From NCBI GenBank assembly GCA_037441385.1, contig JBBISH010000013.1, positions 1-64,000 of the forward strand: DNA of 64,000 nt, in the 5' to 3' direction. The notes under the pieces are model-generated. The model was not told the DNA's origin, did no database searches, and saw only the letters and a program-made list of their open reading frames with translations. Source of the stretch: Myxococcales bacterium. GTDB lineage: Bacteria > Myxococcota_A > UBA9042. The translations under genes and the position numbers were made by a program. Each line of letters begins with the position of its first letter. Within the stretch, counting starts at the first letter, position 1. Below are positions 48,551 to 57,330 of this stretch, one piece after another.

Positions 48551-48994
48551 CTAGATGCGCAAACTCAGGGTAAGCAAGTAGGTGGGGGTGTCAGGATCGG
48601 GCGGGGCGCGGGCGCGCACCACCTGCGACTGCGCGGCCGACTGCACCAGCAGCAGGGCTTGCGGCTGCGGCGTGGCCACCGCGCCGGGCGGCGTGGCCAA
48701 GTGCTGGGCAGTGGCGTCGGGCGCAAGCTCGGCGTCGGGATGGTGGGGACTGTGGTCGCCGCAGTCGCACGATCCCTCGTCGTGCCAACCGGGGGACTGG
48801 CGAAGCTTGGCGCAGCAAGCGTGTTCAGGCTCGGCGCCGGTGAGGATCTTGCTGACCGCGCAAGAACCGCACAAGCACAGGTGTTCCACGCCGGAGAACT
48901 GCACCAGAGCCATGACGAGCATGACCAGGGCGGTCCAAAGGTGACGAACGCGCTTGAGCACCACAGCCAACCGACGCCGGCCAAATGCCGACAT
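48551..48994 (-). CDS. DUF2946/CruR-like leader protein with Cys/His cluster and RAPP motif
   Basis: Hydrophobic N-segment, CLCGSC, HACC, CDCGDHSPHH, VVRARAPP near the C-terminus; start uncertain. Confidence 0.65.
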   Translation of the reverse strand: MSAFGRRRLAVVLKRVRHLWTALVMLVMALVQFSGVEHLCLCGSCAVSKILTGAEPEHACCAKLRQSPGWHDEGSCDCGDHSPHHPDAELAPDATAQHLATPPGAVATPQPQALLLVQSAAQSQVVRARAPPDPDTPTYLLTLSLRI

Positions 48995-49213
48995 TTCTAC
49001 CCTGGCAGAGTCGCCGGCCGATTGCAAGAAGTTTCTTAGATAGGCAGGCTTGGCTGTCATGCGGCCGTCACGCAAGGTACGAAGACAACATAGCTAAATG
49101 GTCATACTGCCGTTGCATCCGGCGTGCGCAGCTGCTGTAGCTTGGCCCTCGCCTCCGTTCCATGGCACGCTGCGCAGCCGGCGGCCAGCGACTGGCCGCA
49201 AGGGGCCGAGCGC

Positions 49214-49903
49214 ATGTCCGGCGACCTCATTCTTTCCAGCGGCTTTCTGGCCTTTGCCCGCCACTTGGGCGTGGTGCAGGCGCTGCGCGACGCGGGCGAG
49301 CGGCCCGACGCCCTGGTCGGGACCTCGTCGGGCGCAGTGGTCGCGGCGCTCACGGCGGCTGGCGTGCAACCCGAGACCGTTCTTGCTGATTTGGACGGCC
49401 TGGTGCCGTGGCGCGGGCTGCGGCTACACCGGCGGCCGTGGCGCGGGCTGTGCGAGGCCCCAGCGCTGCAAGCCCTGCTCGAACGCTATCTGCCTGCGAG
49501 GTTTGAGGATCTGCCACTGCCGCTTGCGGTGGGGGTCGTCGCGCCGGGCAAGGTCCACCGGCTGCTGACGGCGGGGCCGCTGGTGCCGGCGGTGCTGGCG
49601 TCGTGCGCAATGCCGGGTGTCTTTGCGCCGGTTGTGGTCGAGGGCATTCCGTTGGCCGATGGCGGCGCCGTGGACCGGGTCGCCGTGGACCCGTGGCGGC
49701 TGTGGCGGCCCGGCCGGCTGGCGTGGGTGCATCAGGTCATGCGCACAGCCGGCGTGGATCGCGGCGAGGATCGCACCGGCACCGTGTGGATCGAAACCCC
49801 GCGTTCCGGCGCCAGCTTCTTGAGCTTGGGCGACGTACGCGGTCAAGCCGAGCTGGCGCGGCAACTGGCGGCGGTAGCGCTGGCGAGCTGGGAGCAGACA
49901 TAG
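49214..49903 (+). CDS. Patatin-like phospholipase
   Basis: GTSSG, ASCAMPG, DGG. Confidence 0.85.
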   Translation: MSGDLILSSGFLAFARHLGVVQALRDAGERPDALVGTSSGAVVAALTAAGVQPETVLADLDGLVPWRGLRLHRRPWRGLCEAPALQALLERYLPARFEDLPLPLAVGVVAPGKVHRLLTAGPLVPAVLASCAMPGVFAPVVVEGIPLADGGAVDRVAVDPWRLWRPGRLAWVHQVMRTAGVDRGEDRTGTVWIETPRSGASFLSLGDVRGQAELARQLAAVALASWEQT

Positions 49904-49906
49904 GTC

Positions 49907-51019
49907 ATGGCAAAAACTGGAAGAATTTGCGTTCTGTGGACTGCCGCGTTGCTGCTGGGCGCGTGTGGCGGCGCCGAGGTGAGCGACGACCCGGGGTCAG
50001 GCCACGTGCCGCCGCTGCTCTGGACCACGCCGCAGACGGTGCTGAAGGTGCGGCCCGCTAGCGGCGAGGGTCAGCCGGTCAATACCGCCTGGCCGGGGAG
50101 CGAAAAACCCCTGAAACCGCTGTGGACAGCGCCGTTCGGCGGCTGGCTGGCCGTGCAGTTCGACAGTGCCGTGCAGGTGCGAGCCCTAGCGGAACCCGCG
50201 CAGTTGGCCGTGATGGTGTGTACGCCGGGGCCGCTGAGCGAGCACCTATATGCAGGAAAGGGCAACCTTTTGCACCTGAGCCCAGAGGGGACGGGCGCGC
50301 CTTTGGCCGTCACGGCGCACGTGGTGGTGCAAGACCAGCCCTACGGCCCTGGCGTCAGCTATGCCCAACAATACAAGCACCTGCAACTGTCCGCGACGAT
50401 CGACCGCGCCCGCCTCTGCCGCCGGCCGCCGCCGCCGCGCCATGCTGGGACAGACGACGATCCGCAGATTGCCCGGGTGGTGGGCGAAGTGGACATCGAG
50501 GACTTTCCAGCCGACGCCCGCGAGATCGACATTCCCGGCGGCGTGACGCTGACGCTGCTGGATCGGCCCGCTGGCGTGCCGCAGTGGCGGCGGCCCGCGG
50601 CCACCTACGGTTTTGTCGTGGTGCGGGTGGCGCAGGCCCAGCACGACGGCGAAAGCTGGGATCGCGTGGCCATCGGCAGCGGACCCTATCTCATGGGTTG
50701 GATGCGTTCGCGGCCGCCGATGGGACCGCGCGGTGGCGGCGGGATTGGATGCGTCCTGGGCGCGCTGGGTGGAGACCCCAACATCCCGTTTCGGCTGCAG
50801 GAAAACCACCTGGCTGCCCTGCCCTTGCACCGGCTGAAGGCCCAGACCGTGGTGCAGCAGTTCGGCGTGCCCGTAGCACTGTTCAAGCGCGCGGGCTTGG
50901 CTCGGCTGGGCAACACCCAAAATGGTTGGCGATGGGTGGTGGCGGCCGTAGACGGCGACGTGGTGGTGCAAGGTTGGGTGGCGCCGTCGCAAATCGGCGA
51001 GCTGTACAAAAGTCCGTAA
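49907..51019 (+). CDS. Hypothetical lipoprotein
   Basis: Lipobox LGAC; 370 aa ORF tightly packed in the operon. Confidence 0.65.
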   Translation: MAKTGRICVLWTAALLLGACGGAEVSDDPGSGHVPPLLWTTPQTVLKVRPASGEGQPVNTAWPGSEKPLKPLWTAPFGGWLAVQFDSAVQVRALAEPAQLAVMVCTPGPLSEHLYAGKGNLLHLSPEGTGAPLAVTAHVVVQDQPYGPGVSYAQQYKHLQLSATIDRARLCRRPPPPRHAGTDDDPQIARVVGEVDIEDFPADAREIDIPGGVTLTLLDRPAGVPQWRRPAATYGFVVVRVAQAQHDGESWDRVAIGSGPYLMGWMRSRPPMGPRGGGGIGCVLGALGGDPNIPFRLQENHLAALPLHRLKAQTVVQQFGVPVALFKRAGLARLGNTQNGWRWVVAAVDGDVVVQGWVAPSQIGELYKSP

Positions 51020-51103
51020 TTTCCGCCAGTAGAAAATGGCCGCCCAAGCCAGCACCGCGTTGCCAAGGCGGCAGCAGTGGCCCACAATGGCGGCGAGGAC
51101 CCC

Positions 51104-53401
51104 ATGGCCACGGCGAAACAACCCACCGCTTTGCGCAACTGGCCGCTGCTGGTGGCGGCGCTGGCCACGCTGCTGTGTACGGCGCTGCTGGCCGGGCACA
51201 AGGGCGGGCTGTACACGCTCGCCGCGCTGGACTCGTGGGAGTTGGACACCGTCGACGCTCGCTTTGCCGTGCGCGGACCGCTGCCGGCAGTGGGCGACGA
51301 CATCGTCATCGTGGGCTTTGACGACCAACTGCGGCGCGAGGCCCCGGACGTGCTGCAACAGCGCGCCGGCTGGGCGCGTTTCTTGGACGCCCTGGCCCGT
51401 TATCAGCCGCGCATGGTGGCGCTCGATGCCTTCTTTGCCGAGCCCGAGCAAGTGCTGCCGGCCGAGACCGTGACGCAGGTCAACGCAGCCCTGCAAGCTT
51501 TGGAATTGGCCCAGGAAAGCACCTCGACGGTGCACACGGCAGCGCTGCGGGCCTTGCGGGCGGTGCGCGAAGCCACCCGCGGGGACCAGAAGTTGACGGC
51601 GGCGCTGCAGCGCTCTGGCAACGTGCTCCTGGGGGCGCTGTTCTTTGTCGACGACGGCGAACGCAACCCAGCGCCCAGCAACCTACCTGAACCACCTGGG
51701 ATTCGCGGGGCGCGGGTCGGCGACGCGGCCGTGCTGGACCGCCCGGTGGGGCTGCGACCGCTGCGGGCCGAGCCCGACGTGTATGGCTCGCTGCCCGAGC
51801 TGGCCAAGGTGGCGGCGGGCGCTGGCGCGGTCAATGTGGTGCGCGACGAGGGCGGCGCGGTGCGCCGGGTCCCCCTGGTGGTCGAGCACGCCGGGCGCTA
51901 CTACCTGCCGTTGGGGTTGACACTGGCAGCGCGCTCGCAGGCCTTGGGTCCTAACCGGCCGGCAGCAGCGAGCTACGCGGCGGGGGCCCGCGAATTGACC
52001 CTGGGTAATCGGGTGTTGCCCGTGGACCCGCGCGGGATTGCCAATCTGGGCTGGCTGGGTCCCAGCGGCACATTTCCCTACTTTTCGGCCGCCGATGTGC
52101 TGGCCGGACGGGTGCCCCAGACCAAGCTGACCGGCAAGCTGGTGGTGGTGGGCTACACCGACGCGGCGCGCGACCGCGTGACGACTCCGTTCTCGCCGGC
52201 CCAGCCCGGCGTAGAAGTTCACGCGACCTTGGCGCACAACGCCATCTACGGCGGGCTGTTGCAGGGCACACCGGGCTGGTTGGGGCTGCTGGTCGTGCTG
52301 GGCAGTGGCGCGATCCTGACGCTGCTGCAGTTGCGGCGGGTGCGGCAAAAGCGCACCTGGCTGGTGGGCGTGGCGGGGGCCTTGCTGGCCGCGCTGTGGC
52401 TGGGTCTGGCGCAGTGGTTGTTCGTGCGCGGCTACATCGTCGAGTTGGCGGCGCCGCTCGTGTCGCTGGTGCTGGTGTCGCTGGCCTCGACCTCGACGGC
52501 GCTGGTCACCGAAGGCCGCGAAAAGGCGCACCTGCGCAAGGCTTTTGCCCATTACGTCTCGGGCCATCTGGTCGACCGCATCTTGGCGGATCCCGAGCGG
52601 GTGCGGCTGGGCGGCGAGCGGCGTGAGCTCAGCGTGCTGTTCTCGGACATACGCGGGTTTTCGCGCTTCTCGGAGCAGATGGAACCCGAGGCCCTGTCGG
52701 CCTTTTTGAACGAGTACCTGACGCCGATGACCCGCATCGTGCTGGACCAGGGCGGCATGCTCGACAAGTACATCGGCGATGCGGTGATGGCGGTGTTTGG
52801 TGCGCCCCTGGCCATGGACGACCATGCGGACGCGCTGTGCCGCACCGCGCTGCAGATGCAGGCGACTCTGGTGCAGCTGCGGTCGGTCTGGGCAGCGCGC
52901 GGCCTGCCGCCCCTCGAAATCGGCGTGGGTCTGAACGCTGGCCCCATGTCCGTGGGCAACATGGGTTCAGAGATGCGCTTTGATTACACGGTAATGGGCG
53001 ACGCAGTCAACCTGGCCTCGCGGCTGGAAGGCCTGACCAAAGAGTACCACTGCGCCATCTTGTGCGGGCCGCGGGTGCCCGAACTGGCCGGGCCGGAATT
53101 CGTGTTTCGCGAGCTAGACTTTGTGCGCGTCAAAGGCCGCGGCGGCGTGGTGCGGGTGTTCGAGCTTTTGGGCACCCAGACGGCTTGCCCGCTCGACGCC
53201 GAGGGCCGCGAACTGTATGCTGCAGGCTTGGTTGCCTACCGTGCTCGCCAGTGGGGCGAGGCCGATGCCGCCCTGGCCCGGTTGCTCGCCCGCGCTCCCG
53301 GAGATGGTCCAGCGGCAGTCCTGCGCGAGCGGGTGCGCGCGTTGGCGAGCGATCCGCCCCCCGGCGATTGGGATGGTGCCTATGAACAGCAAAACAAATA
53401 G
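51104..53401 (+). CDS. CHASE2-domain class III adenylate cyclase
   Basis: CHASE2 (PGVEVHA), 3 TM, FSDIRGFS, DKYIGDAVMA, DYTVMGDAVNLASRLE, VKG. Confidence 0.93.
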   Translation: MATAKQPTALRNWPLLVAALATLLCTALLAGHKGGLYTLAALDSWELDTVDARFAVRGPLPAVGDDIVIVGFDDQLRREAPDVLQQRAGWARFLDALARYQPRMVALDAFFAEPEQVLPAETVTQVNAALQALELAQESTSTVHTAALRALRAVREATRGDQKLTAALQRSGNVLLGALFFVDDGERNPAPSNLPEPPGIRGARVGDAAVLDRPVGLRPLRAEPDVYGSLPELAKVAAGAGAVNVVRDEGGAVRRVPLVVEHAGRYYLPLGLTLAARSQALGPNRPAAASYAAGARELTLGNRVLPVDPRGIANLGWLGPSGTFPYFSAADVLAGRVPQTKLTGKLVVVGYTDAARDRVTTPFSPAQPGVEVHATLAHNAIYGGLLQGTPGWLGLLVVLGSGAILTLLQLRRVRQKRTWLVGVAGALLAALWLGLAQWLFVRGYIVELAAPLVSLVLVSLASTSTALVTEGREKAHLRKAFAHYVSGHLVDRILADPERVRLGGERRELSVLFSDIRGFSRFSEQMEPEALSAFLNEYLTPMTRIVLDQGGMLDKYIGDAVMAVFGAPLAMDDHADALCRTALQMQATLVQLRSVWAARGLPPLEIGVGLNAGPMSVGNMGSEMRFDYTVMGDAVNLASRLEGLTKEYHCAILCGPRVPELAGPEFVFRELDFVRVKGRGGVVRVFELLGTQTACPLDAEGRELYAAGLVAYRARQWGEADAALARLLARAPGDGPAAVLRERVRALASDPPPGDWDGAYEQQNK

Positions 53402-54431
53402 ACCGTTGGCCGGTCTGCTCTCGCTTGTCCCGGTCGGCTCGCTGCTGCTGGTGGCGCTGATGGCGTGCGGCAAGAGCGAGGCACCAGCAGCCAGCGACTC
53501 GCCCGCGGGCGAAGTAGAGGCCGTAGAAGGCACGGTGACCGCTCAGCGCGCCGCCGCCCCGCAACCGCGCACCTTGACTGTGAAAGCGCCGGTCTTTGCC
53601 GACGACACCGTGACCACCCCCGCCAGCGGCAGCGTGACGATTCGCTTGCTCCACAATCTGGCGCAGTGGCACCTGGAGGGCGGCCTGAGCAAGCGCGTGG
53701 ATCAGAGCGCCGCCTTTGCCGCGCCGCGCGACGCTGCTCCACAACCCCTGGCGAGCAAAACGGAACCCACCGTGACCGCGTCGGCCGGCCGCCACAGCGA
53801 ACACGAAGCGGCGGGTTCGGCCGAAAGTGCCGTGCGCGCCCCCGCGCCCATGCCCGCCCCAGTCGCGGCGCCCTCGCCGACCCCAGCGGCCCAAGATCAG
53901 CCGGCCGAGCGCGCGGCGGAGCACAAACCCAGCCCGGCCAAGAAAGCCGCTCTGCGCGAAATGGCATCCAAAACCGGGGTCATCAAGGCCTTGGAAGTGG
54001 GAGGCGCCCCCTTGCAGGCGCCGTCACCGCCGGTGGGCAGCGGCGGCGGGAACGCGGACGCCAAGAAGGGCGACTCCGGCGGGCTGCGCAAGGCGGGTGG
54101 CGGCGGCGACGTGGAGGTGGTCAAGGCGCAGCTGCAGGTTGCCCAAGAGACCGTGCGCGCCGACCTGACCAACTGGATGAACCGGTTGCGCAGCGCCATG
54201 GCGAACTGTGCCGAGGTCGCGCTGCGCCAAGGCCTGGAATTGCCGCCGAGCGTCAGGATTGTCGCGACCTTGGGTACCGAGGGTGCGCTGGTGCAAGCCG
54301 AAGTCGAGGGCGTCAGCGGCGGTGCGGCCCAGTGCATGCGGTCGCGCTGGCAGGCGTTGCGCAACCTTCCGGCGGTCGAGTCGCCGGTGCCGTTCACGGT
54401 CGTATACACTCTGCGCCTGGCGGATATGTAG
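53382..54431 (+). CDS. Lipoprotein with FecR-like N-domain and AgmX/TonB-C-like C-domain
   Basis: Lipobox LMAC; GEV.AVEG.V...L...VF.DD.V.T pattern; Pro/Ala linker; C-terminal domain with two Cys. Confidence 0.6.
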   Translation: MNSKTNRPLAGLLSLVPVGSLLLVALMACGKSEAPAASDSPAGEVEAVEGTVTAQRAAAPQPRTLTVKAPVFADDTVTTPASGSVTIRLLHNLAQWHLEGGLSKRVDQSAAFAAPRDAAPQPLASKTEPTVTASAGRHSEHEAAGSAESAVRAPAPMPAPVAAPSPTPAAQDQPAERAAEHKPSPAKKAALREMASKTGVIKALEVGGAPLQAPSPPVGSGGGNADAKKGDSGGLRKAGGGGDVEVVKAQLQVAQETVRADLTNWMNRLRSAMANCAEVALRQGLELPPSVRIVATLGTEGALVQAEVEGVSGGAAQCMRSRWQALRNLPAVESPVPFTVVYTLRLADM

Positions 54432-54534
54432 ACTTGTAGCAAAACCGTCACGGTGTCCTGGACACGCCCCTGGGAATATGCCGGAATGCGCAATACGGGT
54501 CCCGTTGGACCACGCAGCCTGGCACGGGGGACCC

Positions 54535-56706
54535 ATGAGCCGAACACCGCTGGTATTCCTACTCGTCTTGGCCGGTTGGTTGGCGGCTTGCAGCGACGGA
54601 GCCGTGACCCCGGTCCTGGTTGCGGCCGACGGCAGCAGCGCAGGCAGCGACGCAAACCTGGGGGACAGCAGCCTGGGCGACAGCAGCTTGGGCGACACGA
54701 CGACCACCTGCTACTCGTGCCACGGCGACCCACAGAACGGCAACGAAGCGCCGCCGCTGGGCACCAAAGGCCAAGAGTTCCCTACCGATCCCGCTGTGGG
54801 CGCCCACCAGTACCACCTGGAGTCCAGCACCTGGCACCGCAGCGTGGCCTGCGCCGAGTGCCACACCGTCCCCACCGAGATGCAGCACAGCAATGGCAAG
54901 GTGGACACGGTGTTTTCGGGCGTGGCGATCGCCGCCGGCGCGACCCCCACCTTTGACGGCGCCGCCCTGTCCTGCAGCAACGCCTATTGCCACGGCGTCA
55001 CCCTGCGGCCCGCCAAGGCCGGCGCCAGCCAAGAGCGGACGCCCATCTGGAACGTGGTGGATGGCACCTACAACGCCTGCGGCTCGGCCTGCCACACCAC
55101 CCCGCCCGGCGGCAACCACCCGCAAGAAACGACGTGCGAAAAATGCCACGGCCAGGTGATCGCCAGCTTTGACCCCGTCAAGAACAAGGCCAAGTGGGTC
55201 GACGCCCAGCTGCACGTGAACGGCAAGGTCGACAGCGCGGTCACTTGCACGACCTGTCACGGCGACCCGGCCAACGGCAACGAGGCGCCGCCACTGGGCA
55301 CCAAGGGCGAGACCCTGACCAGCCAGGCGGCCGTGGGCGCACACCAGAACCACTTGGCGGCGTCGACCTGGCACAAGCAGGTCGGCTGCGAAGAGTGCCA
55401 CCAAAAGCCGACGCAGCTGCTCCACGCGAACGGCACGGTGGACATGCAGTTCGGTCCGATCGCCACGGCCAAGAGCGCCAAACCCTGGCTGGACAAAGAC
55501 AAGCTGAGTTGCAGCGGCACCTACTGCCACGGCACCACCTTGCTGCCGGCCAAGGCGGGCGCGAGCGCCGCCCAACAGCCCGTGTGGACGCAAGTCGACG
55601 GCACCTTCAACGCGTGCGGGACGGCCTGCCACACCACCCCGCCCGGCGGGACCCACCCCAAGGATGACAAGTGCGGCACCTGCCACGCGCCGGTCATCGC
55701 CAGCTTTGACCCCGCCACCGGCAAAGCCACCTGGAAGGATGCGAGCTTGCACATCGACGGCAAGGTCGAGGGGGGCGGCTACCACGGCCTGAGCGGCTGG
55801 GTGGGCAACCGCTTCAACCCCGATGGCACCGTGAGCAAAAACCACCACGGGGCCAGCTACTTCTTGGGCAATCAGCAGCGCGACGACAAGAACACCCCCT
55901 GCAGCCAATGCCACGGCGCGGACTACAGTGGCGGCACGGCGGGCGTGTCGTGCAACAACAATGGCGCTGGCTGCCACGGCAAGAACCCGGCCAACGGCAC
56001 CGGCGGCAACTGGCAGGCCTGCAATTTCTGCCACGGCGGCCCCAGCCAAAACAACCCGCCGATCGGCGTGGCCAACGAGCAGACCAGCGGCAGCCTGGCT
56101 GTAGGTCGCCATGGCCCGCACCTGACGGCGGGCGCCTCGCACGTGGCCTTTAGCTGCAACCAATGTCACGTGGTGCCACCGGCTGGCAACGTCGCGCACA
56201 CGCTGGAGTATGTGCCCAGCGCCGACCTGAGCAGCGCCGGCCACCACGGCGACGTGACCTTGGCCGCCGCGTCAACCGCCTACAACAGCACGGGCGGCAT
56301 GACCTGGAACGTCGCCGCCACGCAAGGCAATCCCGCCAGCGCCCGCGGCACCTGCAGCGGCGCCTGCCACAGCAACGGCCGCGGCGGCGCCCCCGCAGTC
56401 ACGCCCTACTGGGCCGGCGGCAGCTGGAACAGCGGCAACTGCGGCAACTGCCACGCCGCCGAGCCGATGACCAAGCACCACGGCGACCACCTGAGCGGCG
56501 AGAACTACGTGGCCTGCAGCAACTGCCACCCCGGCGCCAGCCAGGCCACCCACGTCAACGGAATCCGCGACGTCAAGGCCAGCATCTCGGGCGCGCCGTA
56601 TGCGGGCGGCGTGACGGTGACCTTTGGGCCCACCGCCGGCTGCAAGAACGGTGTGACCTGCTCGGGGACGTGCCACGACGAAGTGCACAACAGCCGGTGC
56701 TGGTAG
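54535..56706 (+). CDS. CxxxxCH/CxxCH multiheme cytochrome c lipoprotein (up to 18 heme motifs)
   Basis: Lipobox LAAC; 11 CxxCH, 4 CxxxCH, 2 CxxxxCH, 1 Cx6CH; internal 537-bp duplication. Confidence 0.9.
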   Translation: MSRTPLVFLLVLAGWLAACSDGAVTPVLVAADGSSAGSDANLGDSSLGDSSLGDTTTTCYSCHGDPQNGNEAPPLGTKGQEFPTDPAVGAHQYHLESSTWHRSVACAECHTVPTEMQHSNGKVDTVFSGVAIAAGATPTFDGAALSCSNAYCHGVTLRPAKAGASQERTPIWNVVDGTYNACGSACHTTPPGGNHPQETTCEKCHGQVIASFDPVKNKAKWVDAQLHVNGKVDSAVTCTTCHGDPANGNEAPPLGTKGETLTSQAAVGAHQNHLAASTWHKQVGCEECHQKPTQLLHANGTVDMQFGPIATAKSAKPWLDKDKLSCSGTYCHGTTLLPAKAGASAAQQPVWTQVDGTFNACGTACHTTPPGGTHPKDDKCGTCHAPVIASFDPATGKATWKDASLHIDGKVEGGGYHGLSGWVGNRFNPDGTVSKNHHGASYFLGNQQRDDKNTPCSQCHGADYSGGTAGVSCNNNGAGCHGKNPANGTGGNWQACNFCHGGPSQNNPPIGVANEQTSGSLAVGRHGPHLTAGASHVAFSCNQCHVVPPAGNVAHTLEYVPSADLSSAGHHGDVTLAAASTAYNSTGGMTWNVAATQGNPASARGTCSGACHSNGRGGAPAVTPYWAGGSWNSGNCGNCHAAEPMTKHHGDHLSGENYVACSNCHPGASQATHVNGIRDVKASISGAPYAGGVTVTFGPTAGCKNGVTCSGTCHDEVHNSRCW

Positions 56707-56714
56707 CGGGCTGG

Positions 56715-56742
56715 GATCTGTTGCCTTGAGGCAAGAGATCCG
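56715..56742. repeat. Hairpin containing TTGCCTTGAGGCAAGA, directly repeated at 63253-63268
   Basis: GGATCT-G-TTGCC-TTGA-GGCAA-G-AGATCC; 15/16 match to TTGCCTTGCGGCAAGA at 63253. Confidence 0.55.
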
Positions 56743-56816
56743 GCCGGACCGCGGCTTGCCGACTTGACCCGCCAGAGGCTACGCTCCGGTCGCACAAGCA
56801 CTTGGTGCGGCCCCGC

Positions 56817-57330
56817 ATGAACGAAGCCGATACGCGCAAGCAACTCGTCGATCAGCGCTTAGCGTTGGCGGGTTGGCATGTGGCCGACCTGGGCCAGGTT
56901 GTCCAGGAGTTCGCCATCGATCTGCGGGCGTGCGGGGGCCAGGGTCAGGAGTTTGCCGACTACGTGCTGCTCTTGCACGGCCAAGTGGTGGCGGTGGTCG
57001 AGGCGAAGAAGACCAGCGTGGATGCGCACTTGGGGCGGGAGCAAGCGCTGCAGTATGCCCAGCACATCCAGGCCCAGGAACCGGCAAGACGCGGGTGGCG
57101 GTCGCGCAGGTCGACGTGCCCCGCCGAGCCAAGTGGGTCCTACCAGTTCCGTCCGAATCGGATCGAAAACACGGGCAATCTTTCGGGCCCGAACCGGGGT
57201 CCCCGCCTGACTCTCGCCAGTTGCAGAACGGGTCAGAAAAGCCGTACAGGCGCGAATCAGGTGGGGTGCGTATCAAACGCATCCTGTTCCTGGTCGACCG
57301 CATCGCGCTGAGAGATCAGGCGCTCGAGCG
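56817..57330 (+). pseudogene. hsdR: Type I restriction subunit remnant (nuclease N-terminus, frameshifted Walker A fragment, MITE insertion)
   Basis: MNEADTR...ADYVL...VEAK...QALQYA, then in another frame GTGKTRVA...WV[MITE]KRILFLVDRIALRDQA; rest of the helicase missing. Confidence 0.85.
57141..57272 (+). mobile_element. 132-bp MITE (family A) copy 5, in frame within the hsdR remnant
   Basis: Flanks TCC/TCA; removing 135 bp restores TGG GTC AAA CGC (WVKR). Confidence 0.9.
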
